Shown here: positions 1 to 10,102 of the stretch, one piece after another | Layout: every line of letters begins with the position of its first letter | Numbering within the stretch: position 1 is the stretch's first letter | Assembly: GCA_965237905.1 (NCBI GenBank) | Contig: OZ250172.1 | Span: 704,001-768,000 of the forward strand | Direction: 5' to 3' | DNA length: 64,000 bases | DNA from: Nitrospinaceae bacterium | GTDB lineage: Bacteria > Nitrospinota > Nitrospinia > Nitrospinales > Nitrospinaceae | Position numbers and translations under genes: made by a program | The notes under the pieces: generated by a model | Told to the model about the DNA's origin: nothing | What the model saw: the letters and a program-made list of their open reading frames with translations, nothing else | The model's database searches: none

Positions 1-1
1 C

Positions 2-412
2 AAATCAAAAGATGACGTGGCCCCTCCCACTGAAAACATGGAGGACCTGGTCCGGAAAACTAAAAGAGACGTTCTCGGCCTCAAAATCATGCTGTTCACG
101 GCGGTGGTTCTGCTGGTGGGCGGTTCCTTGTATTACAACATTGAGCTTCGATCGACCCAAAATAATTTTCATTTGGAAATGCAGGGCACCCAATCCCAGC
201 TTGACACTTTGATGCAAGACCGGGCTCTGGGCGCCGGCAACCGTTTGGAAGGGGTGGTGGAAGAAATGAACAGCACCATCTCCCGCCTCGACAACGAATC
301 TCCCCAAGTTCAACAATTGATCGAACGGGTCAAGGAAGATTCAGGCGATTTCTTACATACCTACAGACAATATTCAGAAAATAAAGACACCCAACTGCGC
401 CGGGAATTCTAA
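2..412 (+). CDS. Hypothetical membrane-anchored coiled-coil protein, possibly 5'-truncated by the window edge
   Basis: Frame is open from position 2 (AAA TCA AAA GAT GAC GTG...). One hydrophobic helix (IMLFTAVVLLVGGSLYY) followed by a heptad-like region. Alternative starts at 17 or 38. Confidence 0.6.
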   Translation, partial: KSKDDVAPPTENMEDLVRKTKRDVLGLKIMLFTAVVLLVGGSLYYNIELRSTQNNFHLEMQGTQSQLDTLMQDRALGAGNRLEGVVEEMNSTISRLDNESPQVQQLIERVKEDSGDFLHTYRQYSENKDTQLRREF

Positions 413-422
413 TGGACTCCGG

Positions 423-1367
423 TCACTCCACAGCAAAAATCTTATTGATTTGATCCCGCACCGAAGCGTCCGCCTGCCAGCCGACCGATTTTAAGTTTTC
501 TTCCACCTGGCGGTCGTTTTTCACTCCCACCAGCGCCGAAGCTACTCCCGGTTGATGAATCACCCAGTTGACGGCCATCTGCCCGCAAGACTTTCCCTGG
601 GACTCGGCAATCGCTTTGAACCGCTCGACCTTTTCGATATTTTTCACGAATGCCTCGCCGGTGAACTGGCCGATGATACCCTTGCTCCGCCAGTCCTTGA
701 ACTTCGTGTCCCGGTCGTACTTGCCCGTCAACACCCCGGAAGCCAACGGACTGTAGGCGATGATGCCGATATCGTGGATCAGGCAAAACGACACGGTTTC
801 CTTTTCAATCGAACGTTGCAGTAAACTGTACTCCGGTTGCAGAGAAACCAGCGGCCCTATTCTCAAACAATCCTGCATCTGCGTGACGGAATAATTGCTG
901 ACGCCTATGTAACGTATTTTCCCCTGCTTCTGGATTTCCAGCAGTGTTTCCATCGTTTCTGCGTGAGGCGTCTTACCATCCGGCCAGTGGACTTGATACA
1001 GATCGATATAGTCGGTGTCCAAACGCTCCAGGCTCTGATCGATCTCTTCCAGGATCGATTCCCGTGTGGCGACTTTCGAAATGGACCCCAACGCCTCTTT
1101 CTCCCACCGCAGGCCGCACTTGGTGGCCAGAATGACCTTGCCGCGCACCGGTTTCAACGCTTTGCCGATCAACCGTTCCGATAGGCCGAATCCGTACACG
1201 GGCGCCGTATCGAAAAAGTTGATGCCCATATCGTAGGCTTTTTGAATGGATTTGACAGACATGTTGTCGCCCTCACTGCTCCAGAACGGCGCCCCGCCGA
1301 TCCCCCAGGCCCCGAACCCGATCACCGACACATTTAAATCGCTGGAGCCCAATTTTCTGTATTCCAT
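423..1367 (-). CDS. Aldo/keto reductase
   Basis: Motifs LGSSDLNVSVIGFGAW, FDTAPVYG, ATKCG, IDLYQVHWPD, GKIRYIGVSN, AYSPLASG. Confidence 0.95.
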   Translation of the reverse strand: MEYRKLGSSDLNVSVIGFGAWGIGGAPFWSSEGDNMSVKSIQKAYDMGINFFDTAPVYGFGLSERLIGKALKPVRGKVILATKCGLRWEKEALGSISKVATRESILEEIDQSLERLDTDYIDLYQVHWPDGKTPHAETMETLLEIQKQGKIRYIGVSNYSVTQMQDCLRIGPLVSLQPEYSLLQRSIEKETVSFCLIHDIGIIAYSPLASGVLTGKYDRDTKFKDWRSKGIIGQFTGEAFVKNIEKVERFKAIAESQGKSCGQMAVNWVIHQPGVASALVGVKNDRQVEENLKSVGWQADASVRDQINKIFAVE

Positions 1368-1512
1368 ATGACGCCCTTTGCTATATATTAAGAATACCGT
1401 TTGCAGACCTGTTCGGGTCTGTTCTAATGGTGAATGAAAACCAAAATATCACTTAAAGAGAACCGTGTCAGGTGGAAATCCGGGCTGAGCGGTTTTTTAG
1501 TAAAAACACCCT

Positions 1513-3237
1513 ATGAAATCGTTACTCCGCGTTTTAGGTTATCTGAAACCCTATAAAAAATTCGTTGTGCTGACCCTCGGGTTCGCCATTGCCACTACCC
1601 TGCTGGATCTGGTCCCGCCCTGGCTGATCAAGGAAATCATCGACCGGCTGCGGGAGCACGTCAACGACGAATGGGTGTACACCTTCGTTCTGGTGCTGGT
1701 GCTGGCTTATTTTGGCAGGAATTATTCCAATTACAAACGCATCCTGATCAACAATCAGCTCGAGCAGAAAGTGGTGTTCGATATCCGGTCGCACGTTTAC
1801 CGCGCCCTGCAAAAACTATCGCTCAATTATTTCGAGAACCGGTCCACCGGCGAGATCATGTCGCGCGTCAACGACGACGTCACCTACGTCGAGCGGATTT
1901 TCATCGATGGGGTAGAGCAAGTCGTCACCGCCACGCTGACTTTGATCGGAATCATGATCATCCTGCTCAATATGCACTGGAAACTGGCCGTCGCTTCATT
2001 GATCCCCATTCCCTTTCTGGTGATCGGTGCGTGGAAGTATACGATGCGGGCGCACAGTCTGTACCACATGGTCCGGGAACGCGCCGCTAAAATGAACGGT
2101 ACGCTTCAGGACGGCATTTCCGGAATCAAGGAAACCCTCGCCTTCAACCGTCAGCCTCATGAGGTGCAACGGTTCGAACAGCGAAGTGACGATTACTGCA
2201 AGGGCACGCTGGAAGTGATGCGTTTGTGGGCCATCTACTCCCCGGCCATGATGTTTCTGGGATCGCTGGGCACCGTGTCGATCATCCTGTACGGCATCGG
2301 CCTGGTGCAGGCGCAGGAAATCACTGTGGGCATGCTGGTTGCCTTTATCTTGTACCTGGGCCTGTTTTACACGCCGATCAATCAACTGCACACCCTGAAC
2401 CACATGCTCCAGCATGCGCTGGCTTCCAGCGATCGGTTGTTCGAGATCATCGACGCGCAACCGGACGTGCAAGAGGACCCGAACCCCACGCATCCCACGA
2501 CTCCGGTTCGAGGAGGCATCACGTTTGACGCGGTCGATTTTTCCTATATACCGTCCAAGCAGATTCTGCATCAGGTGTCCTTCAGCCTGCTTCCGGGAGA
2601 AAAAGTGGCGCTGGTGGGTCATACCGGAAGCGGCAAATCCACACTCGTCAAACTGCTGATGCGGTTTTATGATGCGAGGGCCGGACAGATCCACATCGAC
2701 GATCACCCCATTCAAAAGCTGAGTCTGTCTTATCTGCGGGAGCAGGTGGGACTGGTGTCGCAGGAACCGTTTCTGTTCAACGGCACGGTACTGGAAAATA
2801 TTCTGTACGGTAAGCTGGATGCCAACCCGGATCAGGTAAAACGCGCGGCCCGGGCGGCACATGCCCACGAGTTCATCGAACAGTTGCCGCAGGGATACGA
2901 AACATTGATCGGGGAACGCGGTGTGAAACTCTCCGGCGGCGAAAGGCACCGGCTGGCCATTGCCCGCGTGTTTCTAAAGGACCCGCCCATCCTGGTGCTG
3001 GACGAAGCCACCGCCTCGGTCGATGCGGAAACGGAAGTTAAAATCAAGGAAGCGTTGACCCAGTTGATGGCGCTCCGCACCACTCTGGTCATTGCGCACC
3101 GGTTGTCGACGCTGGAAGGAGCGGATCGGGTACTGGTGCTGAAAGGCGGACGGCTGGTCGAGTCCGGCTCGCACAAGGAATTGATCCAGACCGACAGCGA
3201 ATACGCCAGCCTGTTCAAATCACAACTTCATTTGTAA
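1513..3237 (+). CDS. ABC exporter, fused TMD-NBD (MsbA/MdlB-like)
   Basis: N-terminal TM helices; Walker A GHTGSGKST, signature LSGGE, Walker B ILVLDEAT, IAHRLST. Confidence 0.95.
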   Translation: MKSLLRVLGYLKPYKKFVVLTLGFAIATTLLDLVPPWLIKEIIDRLREHVNDEWVYTFVLVLVLAYFGRNYSNYKRILINNQLEQKVVFDIRSHVYRALQKLSLNYFENRSTGEIMSRVNDDVTYVERIFIDGVEQVVTATLTLIGIMIILLNMHWKLAVASLIPIPFLVIGAWKYTMRAHSLYHMVRERAAKMNGTLQDGISGIKETLAFNRQPHEVQRFEQRSDDYCKGTLEVMRLWAIYSPAMMFLGSLGTVSIILYGIGLVQAQEITVGMLVAFILYLGLFYTPINQLHTLNHMLQHALASSDRLFEIIDAQPDVQEDPNPTHPTTPVRGGITFDAVDFSYIPSKQILHQVSFSLLPGEKVALVGHTGSGKSTLVKLLMRFYDARAGQIHIDDHPIQKLSLSYLREQVGLVSQEPFLFNGTVLENILYGKLDANPDQVKRAARAAHAHEFIEQLPQGYETLIGERGVKLSGGERHRLAIARVFLKDPPILVLDEATASVDAETEVKIKEALTQLMALRTTLVIAHRLSTLEGADRVLVLKGGRLVESGSHKELIQTDSEYASLFKSQLHL

Positions 3238-3263
3238 CGGTGGGACAATCGCGGAAGGAAGAT

Positions 3264-4232
3264 TTATTCTTTTTCGGTATTGAAGACACCCATGTTGCGG
3301 AATTTATCCTGCCGTTGTTCGACCAGTTCACTCGGCTTTAACGCCATCAACTCTTTCAGTTGGGACCGCAGGGCTTTTTTAAGCATAATGGCCGCCCATT
3401 TATGATTGCGGTGCGCCCCGCCCAACGGTTCGCCGATAATTTGATCAATCACCTCCAGCTTCTCCAGTTGTTTGGAGGTTAAATTGAGGGCTCGTGCGGC
3501 CTGCTTGACCTTATCCTTGTCGCCCCACAAAATGGAGGCACATCCTTCGGGCGAGATCACGGAATACACCGAGTGCTCGAGCATGAGAACGCGATTACCC
3601 AACCCGATCGCCAACGCTCCGCCACTGCCGCCTTCACCTATGATGACGGCGATGATGGGAACCTTGAGACTGGACATCACAAACAAATTGTAGGCAATCG
3701 CTTCCGACTGCCCCTGTTCTTCCGCATCCATGCCGGGATAGGCGCCGGGGGTATCGATCAGGGTAATGACGGGAATGTTGAACTTTTCCGCAAGCCGCAT
3801 CAACCTCAGAGCTTTCCGGTATCCGGCGGGTTGCGACATGCCGAAATTACGGCGAATCTTCTCCGCGGTATCGCGGCCTTTTTGATGGCCAATCACCATC
3901 ACCGTCTGGTTATCGAACTTGGCAAATCCGCCTGCGATCGAAACACCCGCTCCCCCATGCCGGTCGCCATGCAGTTCTTCGAAATCCGTGAACATGTTAT
4001 GGATATAATCCAACGTGTAAGGGCGTTCGGGATGGCGGGCCACCAGGGTTTTCTGCCAACCGTCGAGGCCATTGAAGACATCCCGTTTCATGTGACGCAG
4101 TTTTTTCTTCAGCTTGGAGATTTCGTGGGTCAGGTCGCCGACGCTGTCGTACATGTTCGACAGGGAATACAATTCCTTGATCTGGCTTTCCACCGCGAAT
4201 ATGTCTTTTTCAAAATCCAGAATCTGTGCCAT
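3264..4232 (-). CDS. accA: Acetyl-CoA carboxylase carboxyltransferase subunit alpha
   Basis: LDFEK start, ARHPERP, GHQKGRDT, DTPGAYPG, GEGGSGGALA; start placed at ATG 4232. Confidence 0.97.
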   Translation of the reverse strand: MAQILDFEKDIFAVESQIKELYSLSNMYDSVGDLTHEISKLKKKLRHMKRDVFNGLDGWQKTLVARHPERPYTLDYIHNMFTDFEELHGDRHGGAGVSIAGGFAKFDNQTVMVIGHQKGRDTAEKIRRNFGMSQPAGYRKALRLMRLAEKFNIPVITLIDTPGAYPGMDAEEQGQSEAIAYNLFVMSSLKVPIIAVIIGEGGSGGALAIGLGNRVLMLEHSVYSVISPEGCASILWGDKDKVKQAARALNLTSKQLEKLEVIDQIIGEPLGGAHRNHKWAAIMLKKALRSQLKELMALKPSELVEQRQDKFRNMGVFNTEKE

Positions 4233-4262
4233 ATTTTGCAAATACCTTTGATAGGTTATCGA

Positions 4263-5327
4263 TCAATAAAATCCGAAAATCGGATAAATTAAATTTTTCA
4301 GAGTCGCGGATTCGGCCAGGGCTTTGGCGCCTTCCGATCCAATCTTGTTCTGCCCCAGCCGCAGGAATTCCAGTTGAGCCATCGTTTGCGACTGAGCCAA
4401 CGCCCGCGCTCCTGCGTTGCCGATGCGGTTGAAATTCAAATCCAGGCTTTTTAAATTGCCCAACACTTTGGATTCCGCCAACGCCCGGGCTCCCCGATCG
4501 GTGATGCGGTTCGCCGCCAGATGCAGGGAAACCACATCCTTTAACTTGGACGATCGGGCCAGCGCGATCACGGCTTCATCGCTTAAGTTGTTGTTGTTCA
4601 GGTTGAGCTCCCGGATCCCTTCAAGGTACGGCGAATCCAACAACACTTTCAAACCGGAATCACCGATATAATTGTTTTCAAGGTTGCCGAGAGTTTCCCG
4701 GGTCTTCCAAAGTTTAATCTTTTGCTTAAACTTAAAATTCTCCAACGCCTGGCGTCCGGCATCATCCAGGGGATTGTAAGCCAGCCCCAACCGAACCATC
4801 CGGGTCAACCTGGAAGAACGGGTAAGCGCCTGCGCACCCGTGTCCCCGACCCGGTTGTAATTCAGATTTAATTCCACCAGATTGGATAAATGTTTTGACT
4901 GCGCCAGGACCTTGGCTCCCGCGTTTCCAATCCGGTTCCGGTATAGATTAAGCACTTCCAGCTTGCCCAACAATGCCGACTCCGCGAGATAGCGTGCGCC
5001 TTGATCGGTCACCTGATTGTTTTCGATGTACAATTCTTTCAGGTTGCCGAGGTTCTGCGAGTTGGCCAACGCACGCACCCCTTCATCCCCCACTTCCCCT
5101 TTATAAATCTTGAGCACTCTCAAGCTTTTCATCAAAGGAGACCGGGCCAGCAAAACGGCACCTTGATCCCCAATGATTTTTTCGTTCAGGCGCAGGGTAT
5201 GGTGATTCCGGCGCAGTTTCTTCTCGATATATTTTTCAAGCGCCTCGGGGGGCATCTGCTGTGCCGCCGCAAAAGAAAACAGAAACACCAACAGCAAACC
5301 CAGAGCCCGCCATCCTGGCTTACACAT
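4263..5327 (-). CDS. Exported leucine-rich repeat protein (28-aa RI/GALA-like LRRs)
   Basis: Signal-peptide-like N-terminus; repeated LxxLxLxxNxIGxxGAxALA units. Confidence 0.9.
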   Translation of the reverse strand: MCKPGWRALGLLLVFLFSFAAAQQMPPEALEKYIEKKLRRNHHTLRLNEKIIGDQGAVLLARSPLMKSLRVLKIYKGEVGDEGVRALANSQNLGNLKELYIENNQVTDQGARYLAESALLGKLEVLNLYRNRIGNAGAKVLAQSKHLSNLVELNLNYNRVGDTGAQALTRSSRLTRMVRLGLAYNPLDDAGRQALENFKFKQKIKLWKTRETLGNLENNYIGDSGLKVLLDSPYLEGIRELNLNNNNLSDEAVIALARSSKLKDVVSLHLAANRITDRGARALAESKVLGNLKSLDLNFNRIGNAGARALAQSQTMAQLEFLRLGQNKIGSEGAKALAESATLKNLIYPIFGFY

Positions 5328-5402
5328 AACAATCGGTCAACTGGATAACGATATTGAATTTAAAAGGGTAATTGAACTGTATTCTTATTGTAACAAGGTA
5401 GG

Positions 5403-6419
5403 TTATTCTTTTTCAATCGCTTTCAGCCGTTTTTCGAGTTCCTGGATTTTCCGGGACAGCTCCGGCAATTTGGGCAAAATGGTGGTGTATCGTTTCCAGC
5501 CCATGGCCGACATCGCCGGTGAACCCCCATAAAAACCGGGCTCTAACAGGTCTTTGTTGACCCCCGCCTGCGCCGCCACGATCACCTGATCCCCGATTGT
5601 CACATGATCGGCCAAGCCCACCTGACCGGCCAAAATAACGTGATGCCCCAGTTTGCAGGTACCGGCGATGCCCACCTGAGAGACGATTATGGAATATGGG
5701 CCGATTTCGCAGTTGTGAGCGATCTGCACCAGATTATCTATTTTGGTGCCTTCTCCCACCACGGTTTCCCCGAACGCGGCGCGGTCGATGCAGGTATTGG
5801 CCCCCACTTCCACATGATCTTCGATGACCACCCGGCCCACCTGGTTGATTTTGACGTGCCGCCCCTTTTCATCCGGAGTGTAGCCGAATCCATCGGTGCC
5901 GATCACTACCCCGGCGTGCAGAATGACATGGTTCCCGACGACCGAATTGCGATACAACGTGACATTGGCAAACAGAGTCGCATTGTTGCCGATGCGGCAT
6001 CCCTCGTGCACCACCACTCCAGGATGAAGGACGGTGTTATCGCCGATGACCACACCCTTGCCCAAGGCAACAAACGGGCCGATGGAGACATCTTTCCCCA
6101 GTTGAACGCCTTCGGCGATGGAAGCTTTGTCATCGATGCCGGGTTGGGGCCGAGGTTCGGGATGAAATTCCGCCAGCAGTTTGGCAAACGCCAACGCCGG
6201 AGCGGGATGAACCACCTGGGCCTTGTCTGTCTCCATAGCTTTTTGCACGATCACAGCCGAGGCGTTGCAGGTTTTCAACTGGTCTTTGAATTTCTTTTCC
6301 GCTAAAAACGTGATCTGGCCCTGTTCCGCCAGTTCCATGCCGTTCACTCCGGTGATTTCGAGGGAGCCATCCCCCTCCACGGTGCCGCCCAACCGTTCAG
6401 CGATTTCTTGCAATTTCAT
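5403..6419 (-). CDS. lpxD: UDP-3-O-acyl-glucosamine N-acyltransferase
   Basis: Hexapeptide repeats; DGFGY, IDRAAFGET, KIDNLVQIAHN. Confidence 0.97.
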   Translation of the reverse strand: MKLQEIAERLGGTVEGDGSLEITGVNGMELAEQGQITFLAEKKFKDQLKTCNASAVIVQKAMETDKAQVVHPAPALAFAKLLAEFHPEPRPQPGIDDKASIAEGVQLGKDVSIGPFVALGKGVVIGDNTVLHPGVVVHEGCRIGNNATLFANVTLYRNSVVGNHVILHAGVVIGTDGFGYTPDEKGRHVKINQVGRVVIEDHVEVGANTCIDRAAFGETVVGEGTKIDNLVQIAHNCEIGPYSIIVSQVGIAGTCKLGHHVILAGQVGLADHVTIGDQVIVAAQAGVNKDLLEPGFYGGSPAMSAMGWKRYTTILPKLPELSRKIQELEKRLKAIEKE

Positions 6420-6446
6420 AACCAACTCTCGTGTTGTGGTTTGGAT

Positions 6447-7163
6447 TTATAAAATCAATTCCTTGCCGATCGGTTTTACCTGGCCGTCGGCCAATTGCAG
6501 AACCCGGTCCAGGCTTCGGGCGATTTTCGCGCTGTGAGTCACGATCACAAAGGTCTGATTTATTTCTTCATTCAATTTCCGTGCCAGGTCCATGAAATGT
6601 TCGCTGGCACGGGCATCCAGGTTGCCGGTCGGTTCGTCGGCCAGCAACAGTTCCGGCTGGTTGACCAGACTGCGCGCCAGGGCCACCCGTTGGGTTTCGC
6701 CACCTGAGAGTTCGCCGGGTTTGTGATGCAGTCGGTCTTTCAATCCCAACAGGCCCAACAGCTCTTCCGCTTTCTCCTGCACCGATTTTTTATCCCGGTT
6801 GGCGATCAATCCTGGAAACATGGCGTTCTCCAGCGCGGTAAAGTCGGGCAGTAAATTAAACAATTGGAACACGAAACCGACATGCCGGTTGCGGTACTGC
6901 TCCAGAAAATTATTTCCCTGCGTGAAAATATTCTGTTCCTTGAACAGCACCTTGCCCGCTTGCGGCCGGTCCAATCCTCCCAGGATATGAAGCAGAGTGC
7001 TTTTTCCGGAACCGGAGGCACCGACAATTCCCAAAATCTCTCCGGAATGCACTTCCAGGTCGGCCCCCGCCAACACCTCTACCGCCTTGGTCTTGCTGTT
7101 GTAGGATTTGTCCAGCCCGACGGCTGAGATCAAAGGTTCTGTATTCGTTGAAGGTTTACTCAT
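6447..7163 (-). CDS. lolD: Lipoprotein-releasing ABC transporter ATP-binding subunit
   Basis: GASGSGKSTLLHILGGLD, LSGGE, LLADEPTGNLD; directly follows lolC/E. Confidence 0.9.
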   Translation of the reverse strand: MSKPSTNTEPLISAVGLDKSYNSKTKAVEVLAGADLEVHSGEILGIVGASGSGKSTLLHILGGLDRPQAGKVLFKEQNIFTQGNNFLEQYRNRHVGFVFQLFNLLPDFTALENAMFPGLIANRDKKSVQEKAEELLGLLGLKDRLHHKPGELSGGETQRVALARSLVNQPELLLADEPTGNLDARASEHFMDLARKLNEEINQTFVIVTHSAKIARSLDRVLQLADGQVKPIGKELIL

Positions 7164-8436
7164 AACGCAATCCATCTACCGGGTCAAGGCGGGAGGCCCG
7201 CCAGGCAGGATACAAGGAGGCCAGATAACAAATCAGGATCGAAAACACGATAATCAGAAACGAATCGAACCACTGGATTTGAGAGGGTAACGCGTCCAGG
7301 TAATAGATGTCCGGGGGAAACACTTTGATATTAAATATCGTTTCGACAAGCTTGACGAGTTCGTTGAGGTTGGGCACAAGGGTGAACCCGCCAATGCAAC
7401 CCAACGCGGTGCCACAGATACCGATAATCAATCCCTGCATGCTGAAAATTTGCATGATACTCCCCCGGGTGGCACCCATCGATTTCAAAATGGCGATGTC
7501 CTTGGCCTTGTCCATGACTACCATAAACAACGTACTGATGATGTTGAACGCGGCAACCAGGATGATCAGGACCAGAATGATGAACATGGTGACCTTTTCC
7601 ACCTTGAGTGCGGAAAAAAGATTCCGGTTCATCTGCATCCAGTCCCGCGCAAAATAAGGGGAGCCGAGCTTTTCCCTGATGGTTATGGCGATTTCGCCCG
7701 CGGCATCGATATCGGCTACTTTGATTCCAATTCCCGAAATCCGGTCATTCATCCCGAACAGCGATTGTGCGGAGGAAATGGAAATAAATGCCAGGTTGGC
7801 ATCGTATTCATACATTTTCGATTCGAATTCGCCGACCACTTCCACCATTTTCATTTTAGGGATGATGCCCAGCGGTGTCATGCGCACCGAAGGCGACATG
7901 ATGCCGATAATATCCCCGATACCAACGCCGAGGGAATTGGCCAATTCCTTGCCAAGGATAATACCCTTGCGTTGAACGCCCGCCTCCTGATCCGAGGGAC
8001 GCGACGGGGCGCCGTCCAGATAAGCCAGTTTTCCTTTCGTCAGGTTTTTCTGGAGATCGGAAATATTGCCTTCCCGCTCCGGGTCAACTCCCCGAACCAC
8101 CACTCCGGAACTTCTCTGCCCGAAGATCAGCATGACCTGCTTGAGAATAAACGGTGCGGCATCCTTGACTTGGGGAACGGCTTTAACCTTCTCAAGCACG
8201 CTATCATAATCCTCCATACCATTGCTCATCATCTGAGTGACCACGATATGACTGTTGGTTCCCAGAATTTTATCACGCAGGTTCTGGCCGAAGCCGGTCA
8301 TCACCGCAATCACCACGATAAGAGCCATGACGCCCAACGCCACACCCCCCATGGAAATGAAGGTGATGAGAGAAATGAATTTCTGGGATTTGCGGGAGCA
8401 GAGGTGACGCCAACTGATTCGTAGTTCGTAGCTCAT
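7156..8436 (-). CDS. lolE: Lipoprotein-releasing ABC transporter permease LolC/E
   Basis: FISLITFISMGGVALGV, VAAFNIISTL, IAILKSMGA, YPAWRASRLDP. Confidence 0.92.
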   Translation of the reverse strand: MSYELRISWRHLCSRKSQKFISLITFISMGGVALGVMALIVVIAVMTGFGQNLRDKILGTNSHIVVTQMMSNGMEDYDSVLEKVKAVPQVKDAAPFILKQVMLIFGQRSSGVVVRGVDPEREGNISDLQKNLTKGKLAYLDGAPSRPSDQEAGVQRKGIILGKELANSLGVGIGDIIGIMSPSVRMTPLGIIPKMKMVEVVGEFESKMYEYDANLAFISISSAQSLFGMNDRISGIGIKVADIDAAGEIAITIREKLGSPYFARDWMQMNRNLFSALKVEKVTMFIILVLIILVAAFNIISTLFMVVMDKAKDIAILKSMGATRGSIMQIFSMQGLIIGICGTALGCIGGFTLVPNLNELVKLVETIFNIKVFPPDIYYLDALPSQIQWFDSFLIIVFSILICYLASLYPAWRASRLDPVDGLRYE

Positions 8437-8489
8437 GGGGCTCCGTTGAAAGAAATGGATAACCCGGCGCGGGTACCGGTTTACACAGC

Positions 8490-10004
8490 TTAAACCGTTC
8501 CGGCTTCCTTTTTCAACTGTGGGAATAAAATAACGTCGCGGATCGATTGGGCATCGGTGAACATCATGGCGAGGCGGTCGATCCCGATTCCCTCGCCAGC
8601 GGTCGGCGGCAAGCCGTATTCCAGAGCGCGAATGAAGTCGTGATCCATCCAGTGCGCCTCTTCGTCGCCCGCATCTTTCTGCTCCACCTGCTGTTCGAAG
8701 CGTTCTTTCTGGTCGATAGGATCGTTCAGCTCGGTATAGGCATTGGCCAACTCGCGCCGCCCGGCAAACAATTCGAACCGCTCAACCAGATCCGGATCGT
8801 CCTCTTTCTTTTTGGACAAGGGCGACAATTCCAGCGGGTAGTCGATAATAAAGGTCGGTTGCACCAACAGCGGCTCCACAAAATGGTCGAACAGTTTGCC
8901 CAATACCTTTCCAAAGGTGTCTCTTTTCTCCAGAAGCACTTTGTGCTCCAGGGCATACGCTACGGCACTTTCCTGAGTGGCCACTGCCTCCGATGGAATC
9001 TGACCCACTTCGGTCAACGACGCCTTGAACGTGTGCACGCGGAAGGGTTGTGAAAAATCGATGGTCACCTGCTGGGTCTGGCCGTTTTCTTCATAGGTGC
9101 AGGGAAAAATCTGTTGATCAAAAACCGTCTTCCCGATATGGCGGAATAATTCTTCGGTGAGCACCATCAGGTCCCGATAATCCGCGTAGGCCGTATAAAA
9201 CTCCAGCATGGTGAACTCGGGATTGTGCTGGGTGGAAATGCCTTCGTTACGGAAGTTGCGGTTGATCTCATAGACCCGCTCGATACCGCCCACCACCAGC
9301 CGCTTCAGGTAAAGCTCCGGGGCAACGCGCAGGTACAGGTCCATGTCCAGAGCATTGTGATGGGTCTCAAACGGCTTGGCCGTGGCGCCGCCGGGGATGG
9401 ATTGCATCATCGGGGTTTCCACTTCCAGATAATTCCGCTCGTTGAGAAAATCCCGGATCGCCTGAATAATTTTACTGCGAGCGATGAAGACTTCTTTCAC
9501 TTCGGGATTAACGATCAAATCGACATACCGCTGACGGTACCGCAACTCGACATCCTTGAGGCCGTGCCATTTTTCTGGAAGCGGCAGGAGAGATTTGGTC
9601 AGTAGAGTTATCTTTTGAGAGAAAACCGTCAACTCGCCGGTCTTGGTCTTGGATAACCGCCCTTCCACACCGATGAAATCGCCAATATCAAACTTGGAAA
9701 ACAATTCATAGGAATCGGCTCCGATATCATCTTTTTTGATGTACACCTGAATATTACCGGTGCCATCCTTGATGTTGCAGAAGGTGGTCTTGCCGTGTTT
9801 GCGCCGGGTCATGATGCGTCCCGCGACGACGTACTCGCGCGGTGTTTCTTCCAGTTCCTCTTTGGAGAGCTCGTGGAACTCGTTGGTCAGATTTCCAATA
9901 AAGGCGTTGACCTTGAACCGGTTGATGTAGGGGTTGATCCCTTTTTCGCGAAACTCGGCAACTTTGTCGCGGCGCAGTTTAAGCAGGTCTGTGGATTCTT
10001 CCAT
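8490..10004 (-). CDS. lysS: Lysine--tRNA ligase (class II)
   Basis: [51 protein letters not shown]. Confidence 0.98.
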   Translation of the reverse strand: MEESTDLLKLRRDKVAEFREKGINPYINRFKVNAFIGNLTNEFHELSKEELEETPREYVVAGRIMTRRKHGKTTFCNIKDGTGNIQVYIKKDDIGADSYELFSKFDIGDFIGVEGRLSKTKTGELTVFSQKITLLTKSLLPLPEKWHGLKDVELRYRQRYVDLIVNPEVKEVFIARSKIIQAIRDFLNERNYLEVETPMMQSIPGGATAKPFETHHNALDMDLYLRVAPELYLKRLVVGGIERVYEINRNFRNEGISTQHNPEFTMLEFYTAYADYRDLMVLTEELFRHIGKTVFDQQIFPCTYEENGQTQQVTIDFSQPFRVHTFKASLTEVGQIPSEAVATQESAVAYALEHKVLLEKRDTFGKVLGKLFDHFVEPLLVQPTFIIDYPLELSPLSKKKEDDPDLVERFELFAGRRELANAYTELNDPIDQKERFEQQVEQKDAGDEEAHWMDHDFIRALEYGLPPTAGEGIGIDRLAMMFTDAQSIRDVILFPQLKKEAGTV

Positions 10005-10102
10005 GAAACGTGTGCAGGATTTTGGTTGTGGATTAGACGATCACGAAAACGGTGTCCCAAAGGACTCGGCTCCCATTCGTTCGGGAGCCTTCGCGTTCGG
10101 GT

